Shown: piece after piece, positions 32,378-39,839 of the stretch
Layout of the letters: every line of letters starts with the position of its first letter
Position numbering within the stretch: position 1 is the stretch's first letter
From: Dehalococcoidia bacterium
GTDB taxonomy: Bacteria > Chloroflexota > Dehalococcoidia > SM23-28-2 > RBG-16-64-32
DNA length: 39,839 nt
Assembly (NCBI GenBank): GCA_034411955.1
Contig: DAOUMF010000149.1
Location: forward strand, 1 to 39,839
Direction of reading: 5' to 3'
The notes under the pieces: generated by a model
Database searches by the model: none
Told to the model about the DNA's origin: nothing
What the model saw: the letters and a program-made list of their open reading frames with translations, nothing else
Translations under genes and position numbers: made by a program

Positions 32378-33652
32378 ATGGCCACGATCGAACTCACCTA
32401 CGACCGGCTCCTAGACCGACTCCGTGGCCTCGGCGACGTCATTATTGGCACAATCGTCTGGGTTGTCGCCCTCTCCTTCGCGGCCTGGGCTGTCGTAGCC
32501 GAAACGGACGGACCCGTGGCCGTCGGCTGGGCTGCGGTGATTGTCCTGCTCCTGGGAGCCGGGGGCCTCATGTTCAGATACGCCGATACCCTCCGGGCGC
32601 GGGGCGACGACCTCATCATCACCGGCTTGTGGGCCAACATCGTTGTCTTCGGTATCTGGGCCATCCTTACCAGGACCGACGCCTTCGCCGTTGGCGTGGT
32701 CACCGGTAGCGTCCTCGCTCTTGGAGCCATCGGCCTCACCCTCATCTACGGCATCCTCAAGTTTGCCCATTTCGCCCACGGCGACTCAATGATGCTCGCC
32801 GCCTACATCGCCTTCTTCGCCCTCACCGGCATCGTTGTCGGAGACAGGGCGGACACTCGGCCCCTGCCCTGGAGCCTCAACGATCTGCCAGGAGCCACCG
32901 ACAGCATCCCCTGGCCCGACCAGCTCGGCGGCGGCGATTTCTCATTCGGCTACGGCCTCATTATCGCCATGGCTGTGGCCGCCGTTGCCATGGCGCTGGT
33001 GTTTGTTCTCCTGGATTTCCTTGTCTATCGGCCTCTGCGCCGCCGCGGCAGTGGCATCGTCATCTTCGCCATCGCCTCCCTCGGCATCGCCATCGCCATG
33101 CGCAGCCTCATGCTCATGCTCTGGGCCTCTTTTCGCCGCTTGTACGTTCCCGGAATCCGTCCCACGACAGACCTCCCCTTTGGCGTCCGCATCGTCACAG
33201 ATCAGATATTCATTTTCATCACTGCCATGATTCTTGCTGCTCTCGTCTATGTTCTGCTTTTCCGCACCAAGCTCGGCAAGGCGATGCGCGCTGTGTCCGA
33301 CAATCCGGACCTGGCCGAAGTTAGCGGCATAAACCCGGAACAGATCATCAGGTGGACCTGGCTCATCGGCGGTGTCCTGGTGGCGGTTGCCGGCGTCATG
33401 CTGGCCTTGCAGGCCCAGCTCAAGCCCGAACTGGGGTTCGTCCTCCTCCTGCCCCTGTTCGCGGCAACTATCCTAGGGGGCATCGGCAGCCCCCAGGGCG
33501 CCTTTGCAGGCGGCATGATCGTGGGCATCACCCAGGAGGTCGCCGTCACCCTGGGCTTTCTCAGTCCCGGCTACAAGTTCTCTATCGCTTTCATCATCCT
33601 GATCCTGATCCTGCTGCTACGGCCCCGCGGCCTGCTCGGAGCGAAGACGTGA
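32378..33652 (+). CDS. livH: Branched-chain amino acid ABC permease (LivH-like) with an N-terminal extension of about 100 aa
   Basis: The LivH core begins around ..VVTGSVLALGAIGLTLIYGILKFAHFAHGD.. The preceding ~100 aa contain extra hydrophobic segments. The start is uncertain; an alternative Met is at 32570. Confidence 0.8.
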   Translation: MATIELTYDRLLDRLRGLGDVIIGTIVWVVALSFAAWAVVAETDGPVAVGWAAVIVLLLGAGGLMFRYADTLRARGDDLIITGLWANIVVFGIWAILTRTDAFAVGVVTGSVLALGAIGLTLIYGILKFAHFAHGDSMMLAAYIAFFALTGIVVGDRADTRPLPWSLNDLPGATDSIPWPDQLGGGDFSFGYGLIIAMAVAAVAMALVFVLLDFLVYRPLRRRGSGIVIFAIASLGIAIAMRSLMLMLWASFRRLYVPGIRPTTDLPFGVRIVTDQIFIFITAMILAALVYVLLFRTKLGKAMRAVSDNPDLAEVSGINPEQIIRWTWLIGGVLVAVAGVMLALQAQLKPELGFVLLLPLFAATILGGIGSPQGAFAGGMIVGITQEVAVTLGFLSPGYKFSIAFIILILILLLRPRGLLGAKT

Positions 33653-34890
33653 TGAAGCTGCCGGCGGTGCTCAGCGCGCACGGCCTGCGCGCGCGCCTAG
33701 ACTGGGGCCGGCTCCTCACGCCGCTCACATTCCTGATTATCACTCTGGCCATCGTCGTGATACCTGCCGAGCGCTCCGGCTGGGACTTTCACGTCGACCT
33801 ACAGTTCGGCGTGATCCCGACATTCGGCGGCGGCGCCATCAACTTCCTGACTTTCTTCGCCACCTTTGTCGCCATCTACGGCCTTCTGACCCTGGGCCTC
33901 AACGTCCAGTGGGGCTATACTGGCGTCTTCAACTTTGGCGTCATGGCCTTCTTCCTGGTCGGCGCCAACACCGCTGCTATCATCACCAAACCCCCCGCCA
34001 GCGGCGAGTACGTTGAGTACGTGGGAGGTTTCGGCGACGCGCTGAACATAATCCCGGCCCTGGACAGCGGACAGTGGTTCCCTTTCCTGGTCGGCATCAT
34101 TGGCGCCGCCGTGGCTTGCGGTATCCTGGCCTTCTTCCTCTCGATCCCCGCCCTGCGACTGCGCGAAGACTACCTGGCCATCACCACCATCGGCATCGCG
34201 GAATTCCTGCGTCGGATCACCATCGAGGAGCGGTGGCTCGTCAACGGCACCCGCGGCCTCCCGGGCATCCCCCGCCCCCTAAGCGGCTGGATCGGACTGG
34301 ACGAGTACCGGTTCGTCATCTTCGGCATCGCCGTCGCTGTCCTCATCCTCGTCTTCTTGGCCGTCGAGCGGGGAATCCGCTCACCCTGGGGCCGTGTCCT
34401 GCGTGCCCTACGCGAGGATGAGCTGACCACCGCCGCCAGCGGTAAGAACGTCTTCGCTTTTAAGTCCCAGGGCTTCGTAGTGGGAGCGATGATCATGGGC
34501 ATCGGCGGCGCCATGTACGGCTACGCCAACAGCTCCATCTCCCCCGACACCTTCACCCACTTCTTCGCCACCTTCATCTTCTGGGCCATGCTCATGGTCG
34601 GCGGCAGCGGCAACAACAAGGGCGCCATCCTCGGCGCCTATATCGTCTGGGGACTCTGGAACATCACCCTCCAGCTCCAGGGATACGATCTCCCCACCGC
34701 CATCGGCAGCCGCATCTTCTTCATCCGCGACTTCGTGCTGGGCGCCCTAATCGTCATTGTCCTTCTTCTGCGCCCGCAGGGCCTCATCCCGGAGGAGCGG
34801 CGGGTCTCCATCTGGGTGGAGCGCCATGCGAGGCGCCTACGTAGACCGGAGCAGCCATCGCCGGGAGAGGCAGACCTGCCCGCCGAGTAG
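33652..34890 (+). CDS. livM: Branched-chain amino acid ABC permease (LivM-like)
   Basis: ATG 33652 overlaps the livH stop (GTGATG). ..LGLNVQWGYTGVFNFGVMAFF.., ..LRLREDYLAITTIGIAE.. are LivM-like. Confidence 0.85.
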   Translation: MKLPAVLSAHGLRARLDWGRLLTPLTFLIITLAIVVIPAERSGWDFHVDLQFGVIPTFGGGAINFLTFFATFVAIYGLLTLGLNVQWGYTGVFNFGVMAFFLVGANTAAIITKPPASGEYVEYVGGFGDALNIIPALDSGQWFPFLVGIIGAAVACGILAFFLSIPALRLREDYLAITTIGIAEFLRRITIEERWLVNGTRGLPGIPRPLSGWIGLDEYRFVIFGIAVAVLILVFLAVERGIRSPWGRVLRALREDELTTAASGKNVFAFKSQGFVVGAMIMGIGGAMYGYANSSISPDTFTHFFATFIFWAMLMVGGSGNNKGAILGAYIVWGLWNITLQLQGYDLPTAIGSRIFFIRDFVLGALIVIVLLLRPQGLIPEERRVSIWVERHARRLRRPEQPSPGEADLPAE

Positions 34891-34911
34891 ACTGTTTGCC
34901 GTATACAAACT

Positions 34912-34938
34912 GGGAGGCCTCTCTTGAAGAGGCCCCCC
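34912..34938. terminator. Hairpin between the convergent livM and binding-protein genes (GGGAGGCCTCT-cttga-AGAGGCCCCCC)
   Basis: 7-bp perfect core stem plus a GGG/CCC extension. On the minus strand it is followed by CAGTTTGT, and there is no U-tract on the plus strand. Confidence 0.45.
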
Positions 34939-34974
34939 AGCGCTTGCCAACAGGGCAATTTGGCCTAGACGCGC

Positions 34975-36294
34975 TTACTCGATCTTGGTGACCTCCCCGG
35001 TGTTCAGGTCGACCTTGAACACTTCGTCCGTTATCAGATCCTCAGCCGCGGCGTCCACATGCCAGGTCTCGATGGCGCCGATCAGTACGTCCCCGTTCTC
35101 GTCCAGATCCACGGGTCCGGCCGCGCCCTCGTAGTTGATGTCATTGCCGGCGGCGATGGCGGCCAGGGCGGTCGTGAAGCCTTCGGTGCCCGGGTTGACT
35201 GTATCTCCCGGCGGGTTCGCGATATCCCGCAGGGCGTCTCGGATGGCTGTGGAGTCGGTCGAGCCGGCCTTCTCTGCTGCCAGAGCCACTAGGTACACCG
35301 CGTCGTACATCTCCCGCATGAACGGCAGCGGCGGGGTAGAGCCGTACTCAGCCTCATAGGCGGTCTCGAAGGCCGCGCCGGTGGGCAGGTCCAGCGCGCT
35401 CGGCGCTGTGCCGTGCATCCCGTCGAAGTTCGCCCAGCCCAGATCGGCAAACTGGTCTGAGGACTTCGTGCCGTCCACGAACAGGTACGTGTCCACGTTC
35501 CCTGCCTCCACCGATTCCCTCAGGAACACGCCTGCGCTCTCAGGGTAGGCAATGGCTGCCAGCGCCTCCGGATTATCGGCGGTGCAGGTGCTCAGCTCCG
35601 ACGCGTACGTGGCCTGCTCCGACTCATGCGGCACGGCAGCGGTTATCGTGCCGCCCGCAGCCTCGAAGTTCGTCTTGAAGGAGTCGGACAGACCTTCACC
35701 GTACGCGTTGTTGATGTACATGTTGCAGACGGTGGTTAGGTCTAGGTCGCCGGCCAACTGAGCCAGAATGACGCCCTGAGCCGCGTCGGAGATGGTCGTT
35801 CGGAACAGGAAGTCGTTGTCGATCGCCTCGGTCAGACCCGGCGACGTAGACGCTGGCGATATCTGTAGAATGTTGCCGGGCCCTGTCACTGACTCTGCTA
35901 TCTGCAGCGTCACGCCGCTGGACAGCGCCCCCAGGATCGCGTCTACGTTCTCCACCTCAACTAAGCGGGTGGCTTCCGTGGCCCCCTGCGAAGGGTCCGT
36001 GCCCGTGTCGCCCGTCACGATCTCGATGTCCTGGCCCAGGACGCCGCCCGCGGCGTTGATCTCCTTCGCCGCCAGCCGTGCTGCGTTCTCGTGCGCAGGG
36101 CCGAAGTCCGATAGGTCGCCGGTGAACGCCACCAGCACCCCGATCTTCAGCGGCCCGGCCGCTGTCGGCGTCTCGCCGGCCGCGGGCGTCTCGCCCTCCT
36201 TCTCCTCCTCCCCGCAGGCGGCAAAGGCGAGGAGGACTACCAGGGCTGCCGCTGCTATCAAGAGCCACTTGTGGCGTGTCAACCACTGTGGCAT
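34975..36294 (-). CDS. ABC transporter substrate-binding lipoprotein (branched-chain amino acid / Peripla_BP_6-like)
   Basis: ATG 36294 has AAAGGAGGGAAATT upstream. Signal peptide LLIAAAALVVLLAFAAC with a lipobox-like Cys. The LivJ/K-like body contains ..LKIGVLVAFTGDLSDFG.. Confidence 0.85.
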   Translation of the reverse strand: MPQWLTRHKWLLIAAAALVVLLAFAACGEEEKEGETPAAGETPTAAGPLKIGVLVAFTGDLSDFGPAHENAARLAAKEINAAGGVLGQDIEIVTGDTGTDPSQGATEATRLVEVENVDAILGALSSGVTLQIAESVTGPGNILQISPASTSPGLTEAIDNDFLFRTTISDAAQGVILAQLAGDLDLTTVCNMYINNAYGEGLSDSFKTNFEAAGGTITAAVPHESEQATYASELSTCTADNPEALAAIAYPESAGVFLRESVEAGNVDTYLFVDGTKSSDQFADLGWANFDGMHGTAPSALDLPTGAAFETAYEAEYGSTPPLPFMREMYDAVYLVALAAEKAGSTDSTAIRDALRDIANPPGDTVNPGTEGFTTALAAIAAGNDINYEGAAGPVDLDENGDVLIGAIETWHVDAAAEDLITDEVFKVDLNTGEVTKIE

Positions 36295-36499
36295 AATTTC
36301 CCTCCTTTCGCGATATAGGAAACTGCCCCGTGCAAATCTGTCCGATAGCTTAACTAGTTGTCTTCTCTTCGTCAAGAGAATTGCGGTACATAAGCAGATG
36401 ATTGTGTCTGGAGATAAGCCCGCCGATTCTCCCTGATTTGCTCCTAGCCCCGCCCTGTCCTAACCTAGCCGTCGGCAGGCCACCCCGCTGGAGGCCTAC

Positions 36500-37447
36500 A
36501 TGCAGAGCGACTGTTCACCCTTGCGGTTGGGATGCCCCGTCCGGTTCCGCGACCGCTGGCAGGGCCGTCTTGCCGCCCTGGAGACCGATGCCCAATGGCT
36601 GATCCTCAACCTTGTGCTCTCCCGCGGCATCTTTCGCCCCCTGGAAGTCAAACTTCCCTTCTCCACCGCCAACCAGTGGGACGATGATTCCCTCTCCCTC
36701 GACTGCACCAGCCACGAGGCGTTCGGCCGCCAGGTTCCCCCTGTGGCTGTTCCGCCCAGGCCTCTTTCGGCCAGGACGCCTCTCTCCGCCAGCGACGCCA
36801 GGCTGGCCGGCGCCCTGGTTCACAGGGCCTCCCGGCAGGCCAGCCACCTCCTCCTGAGATGGGGCCTGTTCGCCTCAGAACTGCTCATCATCCCGGTCCA
36901 GGATGTCACCCTGGAGGGTGGCGCGATCAGGCTCGCGGTTCAGACGGACGCTCTAGCCGTCTACCGTCCCGACTCCGAACTCGCGGAGGCCGTGCGCGGC
37001 GCCCTCGCCGCCCATCGCTACCTGACCGCGGACGACCGCCGCACCCTCAACGTCGCGGTCGTGGACGAGGTCGCCCATCTATCGGGAAACGTCCGCACGC
37101 CCCAGGCTAAGGCCTACGTCCACGCCACGGCGGCCTCCGTGCCCGGCGTCACTGCCCTCATCGACACCGTTGTCGATGATCACCAACTGGAGATCGATGT
37201 CGGCCGCGCCCTCGACGCCGCCGGCCTCTTCCGCTACGGACGTATCTACGTGCGGTCTGCCCTCGGCGACCTCACTCTCTGCGGCTCCGTCAGGGCCGAG
37301 GCCGCAGTCGCCGACATCGTGAAGACCGCGTCGGCGGTCCCCGGCGTGCGCTCCGTGGCCAGCCGCATGGACGTGGCGGGGAGTCCTCCGCCTGCGACCG
37401 CGCCGTCGCACCCTGCGACCACCGGTCGGGACTCCCGCAAGAGCTAG
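36500..37447 (+). CDS. BON-domain protein (two BON-like repeats) with an uncharacterised N-terminal domain
   Basis: ..VVDEVAHLSGNVRTPQAKAYVHATAASVPGVTALIDTV.. and ..GDLTLCGSVRAEAAVADIVKTASAVPGVRSVASRMDV.. are BON-like. GGAGG RBS. Confidence 0.6.
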   Translation: MQSDCSPLRLGCPVRFRDRWQGRLAALETDAQWLILNLVLSRGIFRPLEVKLPFSTANQWDDDSLSLDCTSHEAFGRQVPPVAVPPRPLSARTPLSASDARLAGALVHRASRQASHLLLRWGLFASELLIIPVQDVTLEGGAIRLAVQTDALAVYRPDSELAEAVRGALAAHRYLTADDRRTLNVAVVDEVAHLSGNVRTPQAKAYVHATAASVPGVTALIDTVVDDHQLEIDVGRALDAAGLFRYGRIYVRSALGDLTLCGSVRAEAAVADIVKTASAVPGVRSVASRMDVAGSPPPATAPSHPATTGRDSRKS

Positions 37448-37511
37448 CCCCCGCACGCCCTGTCCGGTCCCCGTCAACCGCTGACCGCGTGCTATCATTG
37501 ATTCGAGCCGA

Positions 37512-38252
37512 ATGCTTCTCTTTCGCTACTTGGACCGACTGGAAAACGACCCACTAGTCGCCCTTGTCGTCTTCGGAGCCCTCGTAACGGCCCTCGTTGT
37601 CGGCATCTCCGTTCACGAGTTCTCCCACGCCTACGTAGCCGACAGAATGGGCGACCGTTTGCCCCGCAGCCTCGGCCGCGTCACCCTCAACCCCCTGGCG
37701 CACCTTGACCCCGCCGGCACCATCCTCCTCTTCCTGGTCGGCTTCGGCTGGGGGAAGCCGGTGCCGGTGAACCCCAACGTCGCCCGCGACCCCAAGGCGG
37801 CGATGGCCATCATCGCCGGTGCCGGGCCATTCTCCAACTTCCTCGTCGCCGCCGTCGCCGGCCTGCCCCTCCGGCTGGGACTGGTGCATTGGCTGTCGCC
37901 CTTCAACTTGGCTGACATCGATCTCCATATCTTCTTCGGCTTCGACGCCGTCGACTACCTGGGCCTTTATCTGAGCGCTATCGTCCTCATCAGCATCATC
38001 CTCGGCGTCTTCAACCTCCTTCCCATCTTCCCCCTGGACGGCCACCGCCTCGTCCCCGCCTTCCTCACCGACGACGCTGCCCGCTCCTACATGCAGTTCC
38101 AGGCCCGCTACGGCCTCATTATCCTCATCGTCCTCATCGCCCTGCCCTTCCTCACCGGCGGCCAGTTCGGCATACTGTTCGAGGTCATGAGCCCCATCAT
38201 CAACGTCCTCGCCCGCCTCTTCGCCGGTATAGACCAGAACGTCTTCGGCTAG
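37512..38252 (+). CDS. Site-2 protease family (peptidase M50) membrane metalloprotease
   Basis: HEFSHAYVA (HExxH) lies within a TM segment. ..FNLLPIFPLDGHRL.. is the second metal-ligand motif. Confidence 0.85.
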   Translation: MLLFRYLDRLENDPLVALVVFGALVTALVVGISVHEFSHAYVADRMGDRLPRSLGRVTLNPLAHLDPAGTILLFLVGFGWGKPVPVNPNVARDPKAAMAIIAGAGPFSNFLVAAVAGLPLRLGLVHWLSPFNLADIDLHIFFGFDAVDYLGLYLSAIVLISIILGVFNLLPIFPLDGHRLVPAFLTDDAARSYMQFQARYGLIILIVLIALPFLTGGQFGILFEVMSPIINVLARLFAGIDQNVFG

Positions 38253-38300
38253 CGGTGCTTTCCCTGCCCCAGCCGCTCGTGCTAAGCTCATGACGCCATC

Positions 38301-39398
38301 ATGAAGGAAGCCCAGGAACGCAAACGTATCACCATAATTGGCCTCGGCCTCATCGGCGGCTCGCTCGGCCTCGCCATAAAGGCTGCCCGCCTCCCGGAGG
38401 TGGAGGTCGTCGGCCACTCCCGCCGCCGCGAGTCCGCCAACAAGGCCCGCAAGATCGGCGCCATCGATCGGGCGGAGCACAACCTGCCGCGGGCTGTGGA
38501 GCGGGCCGGTATCGTCATCATCGCCACCCCCATCCTCGCCATACGCGAGGTCATGGAGCAGATTGCTCCCCACCTGCCGGAGGGCTGCGTCGTTACCGAT
38601 ACCGGCAGCACCAAAGAGCGGATCATGGAGTGGGCGGCGCAGCTCCTGCCCCCCTCCGTGAGCTTCGTTGGAGGGCACCCCATGGCCGGCAAGGAGACGC
38701 AGGGGATCGACAATGCGGAGGAGGGCCTCTTCCGCCAGCGCCCCTACTGCATATGCCCCGCCGTGGACGCTCATGAGGGCGCCGTGCGCGCCGTCATCGG
38801 CATAGTGCGCCTCGTGGGCGCCGAGCCCATGTTCCTGCACCCCAAGGAGCACGACCAATACGCCGCCGCCGTCAGCCACCTTCCATTGCTGCTCTCCACC
38901 GCCCTGTTCACCCTCCTCCGTGCCAGCCCTGCCTGGAGCGACCTCTCTCCCATGGCCTCTTCCGGCTTCCGCGACGTCACCCGCCTCACCTCCGGCGACC
39001 CCCGGATGAGCCACGATATCTTCCTCACCAATCGTGACGCCGCCATCCACTGGCTGGACCGAATGGGTGACGAACTGCGGCGCTACCGCGACCTCCTGGA
39101 GGGCGACGAAGAGGAACTGCTGGAGACCTTCGCCAGGGCCCAGATGGATCGCGATACCTTCATCGCCGAGCCCCGCCCCCGGCGCCTCGAAGTCGATCAG
39201 CCCGACGTTCGCCGGGAGCTCATGAACTCCCTCATCGGCGGCTGGATTTCCGACCGCATCAAGAAGGCCCAAGAGTTGCCCGGCCTCTTGCGGGAGGCGG
39301 ACGAGGCCCGCGCCAAGGACAAGCGCAGCCGATCCCAGCGCATCGCTGAGGACATCCGGCGCGACCTGGAAAAGCTCGAGCGTAAAGACCGCGGGTGA
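38301..39398 (+). CDS. tyrA: Prephenate/arogenate dehydrogenase with a charged C-terminal extension
   Basis: ITIIGLGLIGGSLGLAIK Rossmann motif, ..FVGGHPMAGKE.. catalytic region, ..SSGFRDVTRLTSGDP.. Confidence 0.88.
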   Translation: MKEAQERKRITIIGLGLIGGSLGLAIKAARLPEVEVVGHSRRRESANKARKIGAIDRAEHNLPRAVERAGIVIIATPILAIREVMEQIAPHLPEGCVVTDTGSTKERIMEWAAQLLPPSVSFVGGHPMAGKETQGIDNAEEGLFRQRPYCICPAVDAHEGAVRAVIGIVRLVGAEPMFLHPKEHDQYAAAVSHLPLLLSTALFTLLRASPAWSDLSPMASSGFRDVTRLTSGDPRMSHDIFLTNRDAAIHWLDRMGDELRRYRDLLEGDEEELLETFARAQMDRDTFIAEPRPRRLEVDQPDVRRELMNSLIGGWISDRIKKAQELPGLLREADEARAKDKRSRSQRIAEDIRRDLEKLERKDRG

Positions 39399-39404
39399 CC
39401 TCCC

Positions 39405-39839
39405 GTGCAGCGCCAGGTTCGCCCCGCTCGCACCCTCCGCGGCACCATCGTGCCCCCCGGCGACAAGTCCATCTCCCACCGCGCCGCCATCCTGAACGCC
39501 ATCGCCGATGGCCACGCCCTCGTCCACGGCTTCCAGCGCGCCGCTGACTGCCTCGCCACCCTCCGCTGCCTGCGTATCCTCGGCGTCCCATGGTCGTGGC
39601 ACGACGAAGCGACCCTGGCCATACACGGCCGCGGTCGCCACGGCCTCTCGGAGAGCGACCGCGTCCTCGACTGCCGCAACTCCGGCACCACCATGCGTCT
39701 CCTGGCTGGCCTCCTGGCCCCGCAGCCCTTCTTCTCCGTCCTCAGCGGTGACCGTTCCCTCCGCTCGCGCCCCATGGCCCGCGTCGTCCAGCCCCTCCGG
39801 CGAATGGGGGCCAACATCTCCGGCCGCGCGGGGGGCACC
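39405..39839 (+). CDS. aroA: 3-phosphoshikimate 1-carboxyvinyltransferase (EPSP synthase), N-terminal 145 aa; continues beyond the window
   Basis: GTG 39405. ..LRGTIVPPGDKSISHRAAILNAIADG...LDCRNSGTTMRLLAGLL..LSGDRSLRSRPM.. are canonical AroA motifs. Confidence 0.9.
   Translation, partial: MQRQVRPARTLRGTIVPPGDKSISHRAAILNAIADGHALVHGFQRAADCLATLRCLRILGVPWSWHDEATLAIHGRGRHGLSESDRVLDCRNSGTTMRLLAGLLAPQPFFSVLSGDRSLRSRPMARVVQPLRRMGANISGRAGGT

Noticed and set aside
37554-39641. A 695-aa minus-strand ORF spanning the M50 protease, tyrA and aroA region
   Set aside because: It is antisense to three genes with clear family motifs. Its translation is low-complexity (Gly/Ala/Asp/Glu runs). Long antisense ORFs like this are the expected artefact of high-GC coding sequence.
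1-39839. CRISPR arrays, rRNA genes, intact IS/transposase genes, large tandem repeats
   Set aside because: None were seen. The only repeats noticed are the 13-bp tandem at 22970-22998, the csoR paralogy and the three operator-like boxes.

Overview
High-GC bacterial chromosomal window, possibly Chloroflexota or Actinomycetota (a guess only), densely coding with strong AGGAGG-type ribosome-binding sites. I support about 47 protein genes and 2 tRNAs. Left to right: catalase 3' end; etfA-etfB; a MerB-like gene; acyl-CoA dehydrogenase; OYE/dienoyl-CoA-reductase-like flavoprotein; DinB-like; DUF3090; ChbG/YdjC; asd; a methyltransferase; a GNAT; a feoB / Cys-rich ORF / feoA operon; a glutamine-synthetase-family gene; an AhpD-like gene; an SDR; a visibly AT-richer islet with a P-loop-kinase::dCMP-deaminase fusion plus a coupled Zn-ribbon ORF; four dehydrogenase/hydratase genes; tRNA-His; mgtE; tRNA-Arg followed by an integrase remnant and accessory genes (degenerate GGDEF, small HTH, Tat-signal protein, membrane proteins, two csoR paralogs, SHOCT, a methyltransferase); livGFHM plus a convergent binding protein; BON; M50 protease; tyrA; aroA 5' end. 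The two strongest observations follow. (1) The MerB-like gene is one reading frame broken by two in-frame TGA codons that sit at the positions of the two catalytic cysteines of MerB. Each TGA is followed 11-12 nt later by a hairpin with G-U in its loop, one of them a GGUC tetraloop like E. coli fdhF SECIS. This makes it a candidate double-selenocysteine protein. (2) The kinase-deaminase fusion (AvcD / dCTP-deaminase anti-phage family architecture) has an atypical Walker A (Lys to Cys), a Zn-ribbon inserted in the deaminase domain, and a small Zn-ribbon partner ORF. No CRISPR arrays, rRNA genes or intact IS elements were seen. All homology statements come from motif recognition by eye and memory, not from database searches.
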